Assembly (NCBI GenBank): GCA_038087875.1
Contig: CM075988.1
Coordinates: 18,850,001 to 18,914,000 of the forward strand
DNA length: 64,000 bases
Direction of reading: 5' to 3'
From: Malacoraja senta
Lineage: Eukaryota
Positions 11,216 through 24,319 of the stretch are shown here, piece after piece. Both the position numbers and the translations under genes were made by a program. Every line of letters begins with the position of its first letter. Position 1 is the stretch's first letter. Below the pieces are notes generated by a model that saw nothing but the letters and a program-made list of their open reading frames with translations, was not told the DNA's origin and did no database searches.

Positions 11216-11715
11216 CGCCAAGTAATGGAGGTGCCCCTGGGACACAAAGATGGCTGGGTGAGGAGGGGAGAGGGACGGCCTGACGTCGGTTCGCGGGAAG
11301 TGTTCCAGCGTGGGCCGAACGGACTTTGGACTTTGAATAATGGTGCCAAAATTGATGGCACTAGCCTATGTTATTTTCTGCGAAAATAATTTCACTAATA
11401 TAACAATAAGATCACCATTGCACCATTGACAATAACCTACCAACTATCATTAGTAGGAAATGCATGCTATTTTCATGTAGCATTTACATTGCAGGTTTCC
11501 ATGGAGGAGGCATTTCACTAATGCTAAACATATATTACTAATTTGAGGTTGAAGACTATTTGGCTCCAGAGAAAGAGTATTTTATTAAAATTCATTCCAT
11601 TTTACTCTGGGCTAGGAGACAATGAGATTTAGATTCAGAAGATAAGCAGTTATAAATTCAGGACACTGAATTGTTCTGGGTTTAATTTTTCTTTGCCAAG
11701 ATTTCAAGATGAGAT

Positions 11716-11930
11716 GTGTATGAAGGAACTGCAGATGCTGGTTTACACTGAAGATAGACACAAAATGCTGGAGTAACTCAATGGGTCAGAGCATCTCTAG
11801 AGAACACGTTTTGCATCACGACCCATCTTCAGATTGAAGAAGAGTCTTGACCCGAATCGCCACCTATTCCTTTTCTCCAGTGATGCTGCCTGACCCGCTG
11901 ATTTACTCCAATATTTTGTGTCTATCTTTG
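11716..11930. mobile_element. Fold-back Penelope-derived element
   Basis: Inverted arms pivoting at CTTCAG-A-TTGAAG (~11827-11839). Confidence 0.7.
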
Positions 11931-12372
11931 AACAGATAGACTGCCCTCTCCTCACCTTGAAGGACCTACACAGTTCCCACTGTCTCAAAAAATCCAAGAA
12001 GATCATAAAGGACATTTTCCACCCCGGTCACTCCCTGTTTGTACTGCTGCCGTCAGGCAGACGGTACAGATCAATGAGGACAAGGACAAACAGACTCAAA
12101 AACAGTTTTTATCCCACAGCAATAAATACACTTAATGTAGCCACCAAATGAGTACAGGTGTGCTACATACCAAAGGGACTGGGAGATCGACAGAAGAATG
12201 TGTTTTTTTTCATGTTATTTATTTTAGTTGTTTATCTTAGACTTTTGCTCTAAGAAAATGTGTGCACTGACTGGTTGGCATTTCTAATTTCGTTGTACAT
12301 GTTTACATGTTATAATGACAATAAAGTATTCATTCATTCATTCATTCATTCATTCATTCATTCAATTCATTC
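11930..12372 (+). mobile_element. Rex1/Babar-clade LINE 3' end
   Basis: KIIKDIFHPGHSLFVLLPSGRRYRSMRTRTNRLKNSFYPTAI, followed by GACAATAAA and an (ATTC)n tail. Confidence 0.8.
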
Positions 12373-12544
12373 GAAGAGAAGCTGGCACAGAGAATGAATT
12401 TCAACAAGACTTTGGGAAGGGCTGTTAGTCTTTCATGCTATTGGCCGGCACATTTCATGCCAGCCATCTGATTTTAACTTGAAGATTCAAAGTTGATACT
12501 TATGTAGAGAAGTCTTCTGAAGGAAACACCTGGATCCACTGCTG

Positions 12545-13430
12545 TATGTCATCCATATAAACATCTTTAACATGGTTAGTAAGTTTGTGGATGGCACCGA
12601 TATTGGAGGAGTGGTGGACATTGAATAGGGTTGTCTTAGATTGTAACAAGAGCTAAATAAACTGGGGAAATGTGCCAAAATATGGCAAATGGAATTTAAT
12701 TTGGATAAGTGCAAGTTGTTGCATTTTTCATAACTATATCAGGCCAGGACTTACTTAATGAATAGTAGGGGCCTGGAGAGAGATGTAGAACAGGGGCGAC
12801 CGAGGGGTGCAAGGACGATAGTCCCTGAAATTTGTAAAGCAGGTAGACAGTGGTGAATCAGGCATTTGGCAAACTGACCCTCATCACCAGTGTATTGAAT
12901 ACAGGAGATGGGACATCATGTTACAAATGTAAAACTCGTGATTGAGATCACACTTGGAGTATTATGTGGTGTTTTGGTTGCCCAGCTAGAGGAAGGATGT
13001 CATTACACTGGAAAGGGTGCAGAGAAGCATCACGATGATGTCAACAGGATTGGAGACTTGAGTTATAAGGAGCGGCAAGAAAGACTGGAACTGTTTTCAC
13101 TGGAACATAGGATTTTAAGAGGTGAGCTTGCAGAGAATAATAAAATCTGGAAGACACACATACTGTAAGGTTGATGGTGACTGACTTTTTCTGAGGGTCA
13201 AGTCAAGTCAATTTAAGGTGAGAGGGGAAAGATTTAAAAAGGACCAGGAGTGCAACCTTTTCCACACAATAAGTGGCGGATGCAAGGAAACTATAGAGGC
13301 GGGTACAATTAGAACATATGGCAGACATTTAGAAAGGTAAAGGTTTAACAGGACATGGGCAAATGGGAGTAGCTCAGATAGACATTTGGTTAACATTACG
13401 ACGTGGGCCAAATGGCCTGTTTCCATGCTC
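12545..13430 (+). mobile_element. Old degenerate CR1 LINE fragment (RT C-terminal half)
   Basis: Decayed KFVDGT, WQMEFN and LELFSLE motifs, then a CR1 3'UTR. Confidence 0.7.
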
Positions 13431-13919
13431 TTGGTTTCGGTTTATTATTGTGACGTGTACCGAGGTACAGTGATTACTTTTGTTGTGCATGCTGCCCAAT
13501 GAGATCAGATAGTATGAGACATAACTACAATTAAGCCAAACTCTACAATAGGTGGATCAAAGGGAAAGATACAGTGCAGAGTGTAGTTCTCAGCATTGCA
13601 GCACAAATGACCTTCATTCCTTGTGTCCAATTGTACCCAGTAAGTAAACAATTTAAAATGGCAGTGACTTATGCATGAGCATGTAATGCCATTAAGATTA
13701 TTTTTCTATGGGGTTCTTATTAATTGAAGTGGATTTTATCATCAGCGTCCAATAATCCACTGACGGCATCACTGTAATTGGCACAGTGTGAATACAAGAC
13801 CCCGTTATCTTTATATAACACAATCATATTAAAGACATGTTGGCATAATCTGTGACCCAGGATTCTTGCACGATGCTGTGCTCACAGGCTCTGATGGAGA
13901 ATTTAGGCCCCCTCTTAAA

Positions 13920-14450
13920 TTTAGTTTAATTTAGTTTGGAGATCCAGCATGGAAACAGTCCCCTTTGCCTACCGAATCCACACCGACCATCGATAAATCC
14001 ATTCCCACTAGTTCTGTGTTATCCCACTTTCGCATCCACTCTCTACACACAATCAACCAACAATCCTGCACTTTGAGACGTGGGAGGAAACCGGAGCATC
14101 TGGAGGAAACACACGCGGTATCAGGGAGGAGGTGCAAACTCCACACAATCAGGTCAGGATCAGACATGTTCATAAGTTCCTAAGTGATAGGAGCAGAATT
14201 AGGGCATTCAGTCCAGCAAGTCTACTCTGCCATTCAATCATGGCTGTTCTATCTCTCCCTCCTACCTCCATTCTCCTGCCTTCTTCCCATCACCCCTGAC
14301 ACCTGCACTAATCAAGAATCTATCTATCTCTGCCATAAATATATCCGTTGACTTGGCCTCCACAGCCGTCTGTGGCAATGAATTCCACAGGTCTCTAGTC
14401 CTTGCCACTGTGAAGCCACAGCTCTACCTGCTGCATCACTGTGCCGCCCT
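13920..14450 (-). mobile_element. SINE interrupted by a CR1 3' fragment (~14165-14390)
   Basis: SINE tail at 13920 and head (GTGCCGCCC) at ~14441, with a CR1 UTR between them. Confidence 0.65.
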
Positions 14451-15016
14451 AACATTGTACCTTAATGGGATACTGAGATATGGAATAACTTTCAATATTC
14501 CTTCAATTACTATAATTTAACAAGCAATGGGTTTAGATTTCAGAATATTCTGGATGGTTCGACTCTCCTGCATGTGTGCAACACCCACACATCTCAACTA
14601 CTCAACAATTAAAGCAAACGTGTGATTATTGTGTTAAATTTCATTCTGTGAAAATATCTTCAACCATCTGCACATTAATATCATTCAAAGGTTTGAGCTT
14701 GGAGCGATGGGATCTCTCAAACTAGTTGTGCAGGCAAGGAGTCAAGAAGTGAGGTTTCTCATGCAATTGGCAAGCACGGCAGCTGAAACACCTCCAGTTT
14801 AGTGACATCCACCACGCACTGATTATCATATCGCCGGCAACCAACCTGGAGTAATTGCAAACTGCAAATGTTGCAGAACCACAATAAAACCAGAAACTAT
14901 CAGCACATCAGGAAACATCTGCGCAGAGTGAAATGGAGTTTAAATTATGAATTTATCACCTCCAATCAGATGTTCTTTCATGATCCTAAACCTGAACTAC
15001 AATCTATGTCTCTTTT

Positions 15017-15158
<142 letters not shown>

Positions 15159-16041
15159 GTCTGTCTGTCCATCCCTCTCTCTCCACACATCAACCCAACA
15201 TGAGTGTTCCTATCAATTTCTCTTCATTTCACCACTCAAGCGCGGTGGCTGTGTTTGGCCTGCCAGTTCATTTGAAGGCTCTCCAATTAACATTTCCTTT
15301 TGATGGGATTGATGGAAAACGGGGGTGGAGGTGGAGGTGATGGGTTTGTTGCCAAATGGAGCAGGTTGAAGAGCTTTGTTGGCTCACCCGGCTGGCATTT
15401 ACGATGAGCTAGAGTCATTGTCAAGTTGCTGCAATGCAAGAGAAGTTCCAAATCAACGGAGAAAGTGCTGGGAAATGCAGCATGGTGGAGCAAGGAATAG
15501 TTATTGTTTTGAGTCATGAGCTTTCACTGAGAGGAAAACTTTGTGTAGGAGATTGAAACTCAAGAAAGGAACGTATCCATGAAAGAAGATCAAATATAGT
15601 CAGCTTCCATGGTAAAGGTTGTAATGAACCAACATTTTCAGGCAACTGAATCATCGTACCACAACCAGAGAGCAGTGCTGAACTACTATCTACCTCTTTG
15701 GTGACCCTTGAACGAACCTTGATCAGACTTTGCTGGATTTACCTTGCAGTAAATCTTAATTTTTTATCATATATCTATACAATCCGTTACACCTTACCTT
15801 CAGCCCCATAGCAGAAGCATCCACGTCACGGGGCTGGAAACGAAGTATCCTGAGCTAATTTTACTACCACCATCATCTATTGTGACAAGTGATGGCTTCC
15901 ACTGATTGTCGCCAGAAGCTTGCAGGACAGACGATGACAGCGATGTCAACATTTGTAACAAGATGGACACGAAAAGTAGACCTTACCTTCACTTATTTGG
16001 CTGCTCAATTAGCCAATTGCGATCACTCAACCATCCAATTC

Positions 16042-16327
16042 AGTAGAGTTGCTGCCTTGCAGTGCTAGAGACCCGGGTTCGATCCTACCATTGTACGGAG
16101 TTTGTACGTTCTCCCCATGACCTGCGTGAGTTTTCTCCAGGTTCTCCGGTTATCTCCCACACTCCAAAGACATACAGGTTTGGAGGTAAATTGGCTTGGC
16201 AAATGTATAAATTGTCCCTAGTGCATGTGGGATAGTATTACTGTATGAGGATTGCTGGTCAGTGCAGACTCAATGGGCCGAAGGGCCCGTTTCATTGCTG
16301 TATTTCTAAACTAAATTAAACTAAACT
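16042..16327 (+). mobile_element. HE1/V-SINE-like SINE
   Basis: GGTTCGATCC B box, conserved core and CTAAA tail. Confidence 0.8.
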
Positions 16328-16917
16328 GATGTCTTATGAAGTTTCCCAGTGTTGCTCTGACACTGAGATACTCTGACTCAACCAATCCAATTGCTATCTT
16401 TTGAAAGGTTATACTTGTGGTGTATGTAGGTGCGTGATGCATCATATGATGCATGCACATGTACAGTGTCGTTAGAGGGGATGACCCGTGTTTAGCAGCA
16501 CTCCATCTTAAATTAGTGGTTCTAAAATGCCCGGTCTTGCATAAGATGCAAAAGGTTAAAAACACCAGACTTCCCATTTTATTCTCTGTTGTTATCAGAC
16601 TACTGAACGGTTCTACCATTAGCAAGGGTGTATTCCTGATCTTCCAACCTACCTCATGGCAGACCATGCACTTTAAAAAAAAAATTGCACTTTCTCTGTA
16701 ACTGTAATGTTGCAATACTGTAACACTATATTCTGCACTCTGGTATTTTTTCTCTTTGCACTACTTGTTGTACTTGTAGATGGCTTGATTATACTCACGT
16801 GTATCACATGACACCCAGACACAACTTTTCACTGTATCTCGGTACATGTGACAGTAAATACGAATCAACAAAAAACAAAACCAGTCTTTAAGAGAAAAGA
16901 ACTTAGTGGCAGAAATA

Positions 16918-17455
16918 GTCAAGAGTCAGTCAAGAGTGTTTTATTGTCATGTGTCCCAGATAGGACAATGAAATTCTTGCTTGCTGCAGCACAACAGAAT
17001 ATTGTAAGCATAAATACAGAATAGTTCAGTGTGTCTATATACCATAGATCATATATATACACATAAATAAACAGATAAAGTGCAATGGGCTGTTATAGTT
17101 CAGTTTGTTTGGTGTCATGTTTAATAGCCTGATGGCTGTGGGTAAGAAGCTGTTCCTGAACCTGGATGTACCAGATTTCAGGCGCCTGTACTTTCTTCCC
17201 GAAGGCAGTGGTGAGATGAGTGTGTGGCCAGAATGGTGTGGGTCTTTGATGATGTAGGCAGCCTTTATGAGGGAGCGACTGCGATAGATCCCTTCGATGG
17301 TGGGGCTGTCAGAGCCGATGATGGACTGGGCAATAGTCACAACTTTCTGCATTCTTTAACGCTCCAGGACGCTCAAGTTGCCGAACCAAGCCACGATGCA
17401 ACCGGTCAGCATGCTCTCTACTGTGCACCTGTAGAAGTTCGAGAGAGTCCTCTCA
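16918..17455 (-). mobile_element. Rex1/Babar-clade LINE 3' end
   Basis: ORF 17035-17352 IIKDPHHSGHTLISPLPSGRKYRRL...FRNSFLP. Same subfamily as 57652-58186. Confidence 0.8.
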
Positions 17456-17664
17456 TGAGAAATAACATCTCATCGTTGTCCTGTATCATTTTATCAAACT
17501 AACAGACACCGCAAGGGACATTACTTAAACCCAGAGCTGCGTTCATGATCACCTGCATACAGGTGGTATAAGTTGAGGTTGCTCTGGACTGAGTACTTGC
17601 CTGGGGATGTTGTACAGTGTACACAGTAATCAATGTGACAGCGAGCTTTGGTGGAGCAGGGAAC

Positions 17665-18020
17665 TGATAAGTTCTAGGAGCAGAATTGGACCATTCGGCC
17701 CATCAAGTCTACGCCGCCATTTAATCATGGCTGATCTATCTTTCCCTCTCAACCCCATTCTCCTGCCTTCTCCCTATAACCCCTGACACCCCTACTAATG
17801 AAGAATCTGTCGATCTCTGCTTTAAAAATATCTATTGACTTGGCCTCCACAGCCTTCAGTGCCAATGAGTTCCACAGATTCAACACCCTCTGACTGAAGA
17901 CATTCCACTTCATCTCCTTTCTAAAGGTATGTCCTTATATTCTAAGGCTATGCCCTCTGGTCCTAGACTCTCCCACTAGTGGAAACATCCTCTCCACATC
18001 CACTCTATCCAGGCCTTTCA
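17665..18020 (-). mobile_element. CR1 LINE 3' end
   Basis: Reverse complement of the CR1 ORF end and 3'UTR. Confidence 0.8.
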
Positions 18021-18288
18021 CTATTCGGTAAGTTCACTATTCGGTAAGTTCATTATTCGGTAAGTTCACTATTTGGTAAGTTCATTATTCGGTAAGTTCA
18101 CTATTTGGTAAGTTCATTATTCGGTAAGTTCACTATTCGGTAAGTTCATTATTCGGTAAGTTCACTATTCGGTAAGTTCATTATTCGGTAAGTTCACTAT
18201 TTGGTAAGTTCATTATTCGGTAAGTTCACTATTTGGTAAGTTCATTATTCGGTAAGTTCATTATTCGGTAAGTTCACTATTTGGTAAG
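18021..18288. repeat. 16-bp minisatellite (YTATTYGGTAAGTTCA, ~17 units)
   Basis: Tandem units without spacers, grown from the adjacent CR1 sequence. Confidence 0.95.
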
Positions 18289-19144
18289 CCCCCCTCCCCC
18301 TGATCTGAGTGTGATTGAAGGAACACTTGGAATAAGATATGAACGAACAGCAGAGTGTGGAGTAACTCTGGAAATTGATTCACTTTGATCATAGTTTAAA
18401 TTAGGAAACTTTCCTTTGGCTACTTGTTAACTTGCTCAACCTTCTCTTTATTCACATTCATGGTGTGCTATTTTTCACATTGCAATTATCTTCTTGGCTC
18501 ATTCAATCATCCCTTTAGCCATTTGTACTTAGCAGTCTGTGATTTTTATCTTTTCAGCGCCAAGTGTCTTAAGGTATCTTAATTGCATTACCTATCTGGG
18601 AGCGGGAGTATTAGTCTCCTCGTTGTCCTATCAGTTGGCTTCTCCTCCAACTACAACCTCGGAACTCCTTCCTTACAGCAGAGGGATTTATTTCAGTGGA
18701 GTTTTCATTATACTGGAGCCAGCATAATGTTTCATCTCCACACCGGTCTTTGCAGCAAAATTATTTTCATCAATGAATTCATGTTATCTCCTTGTACAAA
18801 TCCCCCTCTCATCTGCTATGTGGGCCTCCTGAGTGACCGAGAGCAGGTGCTTTCCTGCGCTGTGCTGTTCTGTTCTATGCTATCCAAAGGATGTGTGTGT
18901 TCGCAGGTTAATTGGCCCCAATATAAATTGCCCTCGGCGGGTAGTCAGTGGATGAGAAAGCGGGATAACATAGAACTAGTGTGAGCGGGTGATCGATGGT
19001 CAGCATGAACGTAGCGGGCCGAAGGGCCTGTTGCCATGCCATATCTTGCAATCAATCATGCTGAAAGTTACAATTTTCTCCATGTTTAGTCTCTTTAATT
19101 ATTGCTAGTTTCTCCATAAAAATATTACAAACAGTAATAGAGAT

Positions 19145-19757
19145 TTCCACAGTCAAAAAGGCACAACAGAGGATGTATTTCCTACGGCAGCTGAGGAAGC
19201 ACAATCTGCCACAGGCAATGATGGTCCAATTCTACACTAGCCATTGTAGAGTCTGTCCTCACCTTCTCCATCATGGTCTGGTTTGGCTCAGCCACCAAGC
19301 ACGACACCTGGAGGCTGCAGCGAATCGTCCGATCAGCAAAGAAGGTTATTGGCTGCAACCTTCCCTCCATTGATGAACTGTACACTGCAAGGGCCAGGAA
19401 GCGAGCGGGCAAGATCATCTCTGACCCCTCTCACCCTGGCCACAAACTCTTTGAATTACTTCCCTCTGGAAGGTGACTCCGGATTGTCAAAGCTGCCACA
19501 GCCAGACATAAAAACAGTTTTTATCCACGAGTAGTTGCTCTACTCAACAGCCAAAAATCTGTAGCCTCCCTTTGATCTGGTATTTTGTTGGTTCACATGC
19601 TTGATCAATGGTGTTTTATCATTAATGTTTTATTATTATTAATGTTTAGTGTTTTCTGAGTCATTCGTAACTGTCACTGTATGTCATGTTGTTACTTGTG
19701 GGCGGAGCACCAAGGCAAATTCCTTGTATGTGAATACGTGGCCAATAAACTTACTTA
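19145..19757 (+). mobile_element. Rex1/Babar-clade LINE 3' fragment
   Basis: MYFLRQLRKHNLPQAMMVQFY, then a frameshift, then WFGSAT...IISDPSHPGHKLFELLPSGR. AATAAA and (CTTA) tail. Confidence 0.85.
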
Positions 19758-19964
19758 ATTACTTTTAAAAATTGTTGTAATCAATAGACATACCAAGATC
19801 CTCCATTTATTCAGTGAAACAAGTGCAAAGTCATAATAAAATGTCCAATTTTTGTTTTGATTAGACGGTTGTCGCTGGTGATTAGAAAAGCATATTGATC
19901 CTAATGATACGTCCAGGCAAGTTATACTCGACAGACCTTCGATGGCCATGTGGTCCCCTGTGAC

Positions 19965-20256
19965 TGCACGGTAGCGCAGCGGTAGAGTTGCTGTCTTAGA
20001 CCCGGGTTTGATCCTGACGAAGGGTACTGCCTGTGTTGCGTTTGTACCTTCTCCCCATGACCGCGTGAGTTTTCCCCGGCTTCCTCCCACACTCCAAAGA
20101 CGTACAGGTTTGAAGGTTATTTCGGAATTGGTAAGAATTGTAAATTGTATCTAATGTGTAGGATAGTGCTAATGTATGAGGATCATTGGTCTGCATGGTC
20201 TTGGTGGGACGAAGGGCCTGTTTCTGCGCTGAATCATTAAACTAAATTAGAACTAA
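19965..20256 (+). mobile_element. HE1/V-SINE-like SINE
   Basis: A and B boxes, core and tail. Confidence 0.75.
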
Positions 20257-20534
20257 ACATACGATCATCAACTAAGAACCAATTCCAATCATACACTTTC
20301 CAAACATCTCTCTTTTTGTCTGATTCTGATGAGGGATCTACCACCCGAAACACTAGCCCTATTTTTCTATCTCCATGGATGCTGCCGGACCTGCAGAGTC
20401 TTCTCAGCATTTTCAGATTTCCAGCAAATCCTATATTTTTTTGGTTCACAAAACAAGTCACCGAACCATGCGCCATGATATGAAATGAACTTTAGACGAA
20501 CCCTATCAATCAATCATGACTCATCATGACGAAT

Positions 20535-20718
20535 CATCGCCTTCCTTCACAGTGAGGAATGCAGAGGAGTCACTGTGGTGGATGTTTATGTTAAAATGTA
20601 TTTTGTGTGTTCCATTGCTTTTTATCTGTATGACTGACTCGGTAAATGGCAAATGAAATTCCTTGTATGTAGCAAAACATACTTTGCTAATAAAGTATTA
20701 TTGTATTGTATTGTATTA
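20535..20718 (+). mobile_element. 3' end of a GC-rich non-autonomous retroposon relative
   Basis: CACAGTGA/TCACTGTG stem (20543-20582), AATAAA and (TATTG)n tail. Confidence 0.55.
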
Positions 20719-21702
20719 AATCATGGGGAAGGCGAAAGGAATTGAAAGGACTTTATGTTCAAGTTTTCATGTTACATTAATTACTTGGGAAATCGGGTTG
20801 AATTCCTAATCTTCCCACCTACCTCATTGCAGTCCTTGCACATTTTTAAAACCTGCACTTTCTCTGTAATTGTGACATTATATTCCGTACTCTGTTTATT
20901 TTCTCTTCATAGTGTTGTGCTTGCGTAGAATAATTTACCTGGAGAGCACTCATGAAACAGTTTTCACTGTATCTCGCTACACTTAACAATAATAAACCAA
21001 TACTAATTTTCAAGTCTTATGTGTACATTGATCATGCCCGTCAACTGTTGAAGGAAGATAAAACAAACTGATTGAAGCAAACAAAGGAGAAAACAACACC
21101 AAGATATGGTGTAAATTGCTTCCAATATTTTCACGAAGAATTGCGTGCTGATTTTTATTTTAACATTTCTCAAATTAAATCCTATTTTGCGAAATCCAAT
21201 AAAAAGGAACTGAAGATAACTAGTTTATAGCAAGGATAGACACTACGTGCTGGAGTAACTCAGTCGGTCAGGCAGTATCTCCGGAGAAAATGGGCAGGTG
21301 CTGTTTCGGGTCGGGCCCCTTCTCCAGACTGATTGTCGGAGGCGGGAGTAACTGGAAGCAAGAAAAGACCAGGACAAACCAGAAAAGATTAAAAGACCAC
21401 GCAAAAACAAACCAGGACAAACATTTTGTAAAACGTGTGCGATTTTGTCGTCCTGAACAATTTTTGTGAACTTTTTTTCGATTTGACTCAAAGTTTAGGT
21501 TAAATTCATGGGATCATGAATTAAAAGTCATTGTGAGACTTGGATTTCTATAGAAATGTTATATTGAGATTCAGATTACGATAGCAATTTATAACTAAAG
21601 TCCTGAACACTGTAGCCAGTTGGTGTGCAGTGAGTTCCTGCACACTGCTACATTATCAGTAGTTAGCAATCCCTCCATTATGAGCAGATAATCTGAGATT
21701 AA

Positions 21703-22048
21703 TGGCCCTGTCCCACTGTATGAGTTCATTCAAGAGTTCTCCCGAGTTTAAAAAAAATCAATCTCGTGGTAAGCACGGAGAATGAACGTAGCGGGTACGT
21801 CGGAGCTCTGGGACGTCTCTTAGCGCTAACAACAGGTACTCGGGAAGACTCGCTAACAACAGGTACTCGGGAAGACTCGCTAACGGCAGGTAAGCTCGGG
21901 AAAACTCGTGAAGATTTTTCAACATGTTGAAAAATGTCCACGAGAGCCCCGAGTACCGACGAGCGGCCATTACCGTAAATCTCTGAGTTCGAATCAGGGC
22001 AAACTCGGGAGAACTCTTTGAATGAACTCGTACAGTGGGACAGGGCTT
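21703..22048. mobile_element. PIF/Harbinger-type MITE
   Basis: TIRs TGGCCCTGTCCCACTGTA and TACAGTGGGACAGGGCTT with TAA on both sides. Same family as 54905-55226 in the opposite orientation. Internal 27-bp tandem duplication at ~21825-21900. Confidence 0.85.
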
Positions 22049-22213
22049 TAAAGGTGGTATTTGAAGGATAAATGCTAGTCAGACAACCAGTGATAACTCC
22101 CATGCTCTTATAGAGTCATAGAATCATACAGCATGGAAACAGGCCCTTCGGCCCAATTTCCCAATTCTAAACAAGATGCCCCAATTACACTAGTCCCATG
22201 CACATGTTTGCCC

Positions 22214-22676
<463 letters not shown>

Positions 22677-22681
<5 letters not shown>

Positions 22682-22790
22682 TATATAAAACTCTGTGGCT
22701 GCCATCCGTCCGTCCGTCCGGCGTCAAAATTCCCCTTTGATACCGCCCTAAGCCCACACAGCACGCGGAAAGGCAGATATTTTTCACCAT
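22677..22790 (+). mobile_element. Putative non-autonomous Helitron 5' end
   Basis: A|TCTATTATATAAAACTCT start followed by (GTCC)n. Resembles the head at 35555. Cut by the L1 insertion. Confidence 0.5.
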
Positions 22791-24070
22791 TTCTTTTTTT
22801 TTTTGAAAATATTTTTTATTGGAGATAAGTACACAACCTATTTACATCATTACAGTCTTACATTTTTAAATTGATAATATTGTCAATTATTATCACATTG
22901 TCTCCAATACCTTTTGCCTTTTTTTTTTTTTTTTAAACTAAATAGAACTAAAGAGATAGATGAAGTAAAGAAAGAAAAGAAAGAGAAGAAAAAAAAAAAA
23001 AAACCCAAAACAAAAAAAAAAAAAAAAAAGGAAAAAGATAGTTAAAGAAGAATGGAAAAATTTATTAAAATAAAAAACTTCATTCGAGATATATTCGTAC
23101 ATTTCTAAGTATAGCATTTCATCCATTCTTTAGCCCGAGTGCTAGTCAGGTTCCTGTGCTGAACTATTCTGACCCTTTAAGTAATCAATAAAAGGAGACC
23201 ATGTTCCAGCGAATAATTCCTGTTTGTCCAACAGGGAGAATCTGATTCTTTCCACGTTTAAGGTCTCCGTCATTTCTATAATCCACATTTTGATTGTGGG
23301 GGTCGTAGGGCCTTTCCAAAATTTTAGAATTAATTTTTTTCCTGTTATTAAACTATAATCAATAAAGTTTCTTTGTGTTGTTCTAAATGTTTGATTTAAT
23401 TCTAATATTCCAAGTATTATTAATTTTGGATCTGGGTCCAATTGTGTGCTGGTTATTTTAGATATTATACTGAAAATATTTACCCAGAATTTTTTTAATT
23501 TTAATACAGTTTGCAAACATATGAGATAAGGTAGCTTCTAAATGTTGACATTTATCACATATAGGTGAGATATGTTGAAAGATTTTATGTAGTTTTGTTT
23601 TTGAATAATGTAACCTATGTATTACTTTAAATTGTATTAGAGAATGTCTGGTGTTTAATGAACATTGATGTATGTGTTGCAAACTTTCTTCCCAAGTATC
23701 TTTCGTTATTATTTGATTTAATTCTTTTTCCCATGTTTGTCTGTGTAAGTCCGTCGATGGAATGTCACTGTCTAATAAGATATTATATATATAAGATATT
23801 AATTTTTCTGTATTAGGATGTTTGTTCCAACATTCATCAAGAATTTCTGAATTTCTAATTCGAAAATTTTGAGTATTCGATTTTACATAATCTCTAAGTT
23901 GAAGATATCTGAAATAATAATTTCCTCGAAGTCCATAAGTCTGTTGCAACTCCTGAAATGTCAGAAAAGTGCCTTCCTTGTAAAGTTGTCCCATAATTTT
24001 AATTCCATAATTCTTCCATTGTGTAAAATCCCCGTCCAACCATGAAGGCTTAAACAAAGGGTTATTCACA
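22791..24070 (-). mobile_element. L1/Tx1-clade LINE, ORF2 C-terminal region with zinc knuckle, 3'UTR and poly(A)
   Basis: ORFs 23458-24069 and 23142-23516 (QFKVIHRLHY...SPICDKC...HMFANC; ILKFWK; WSPF) joined by one frameshift. Poly(T) on the + strand at 22791-22804. Runs into the gap. Confidence 0.85.
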
Positions 24071-24119
24071 ATTGGAAGAAAAAGTGATAAATTATCTAAT
24101 TTTAATGTCTTTTTTAATT

Positions 24120-24319
24120 NNNNNNNNNNNNNNNNNNNNNNNNNNNNNNNNNNNNNNNNNNNNNNNNNNNNNNNNNNNNNNNNNNNNNNNNNNNNNNNNN
24201 NNNNNNNNNNNNNNNNNNNNNNNNNNNNNNNNNNNNNNNNNNNNNNNNNNNNNNNNNNNNNNNNNNNNNNNNNNNNNNNNNNNNNNNNNNNNNNNNNNNN
24301 NNNNNNNNNNNNNNNNNNN
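24120..24319. other. Assembly gap (200 N)
   Basis: Run of N characters. Confidence 1.

Noticed and set aside
18021..18288. CRISPR-like array
   Set aside because: The units are contiguous with no unique spacers, the context is eukaryotic, and the repeat derives from the adjacent CR1.
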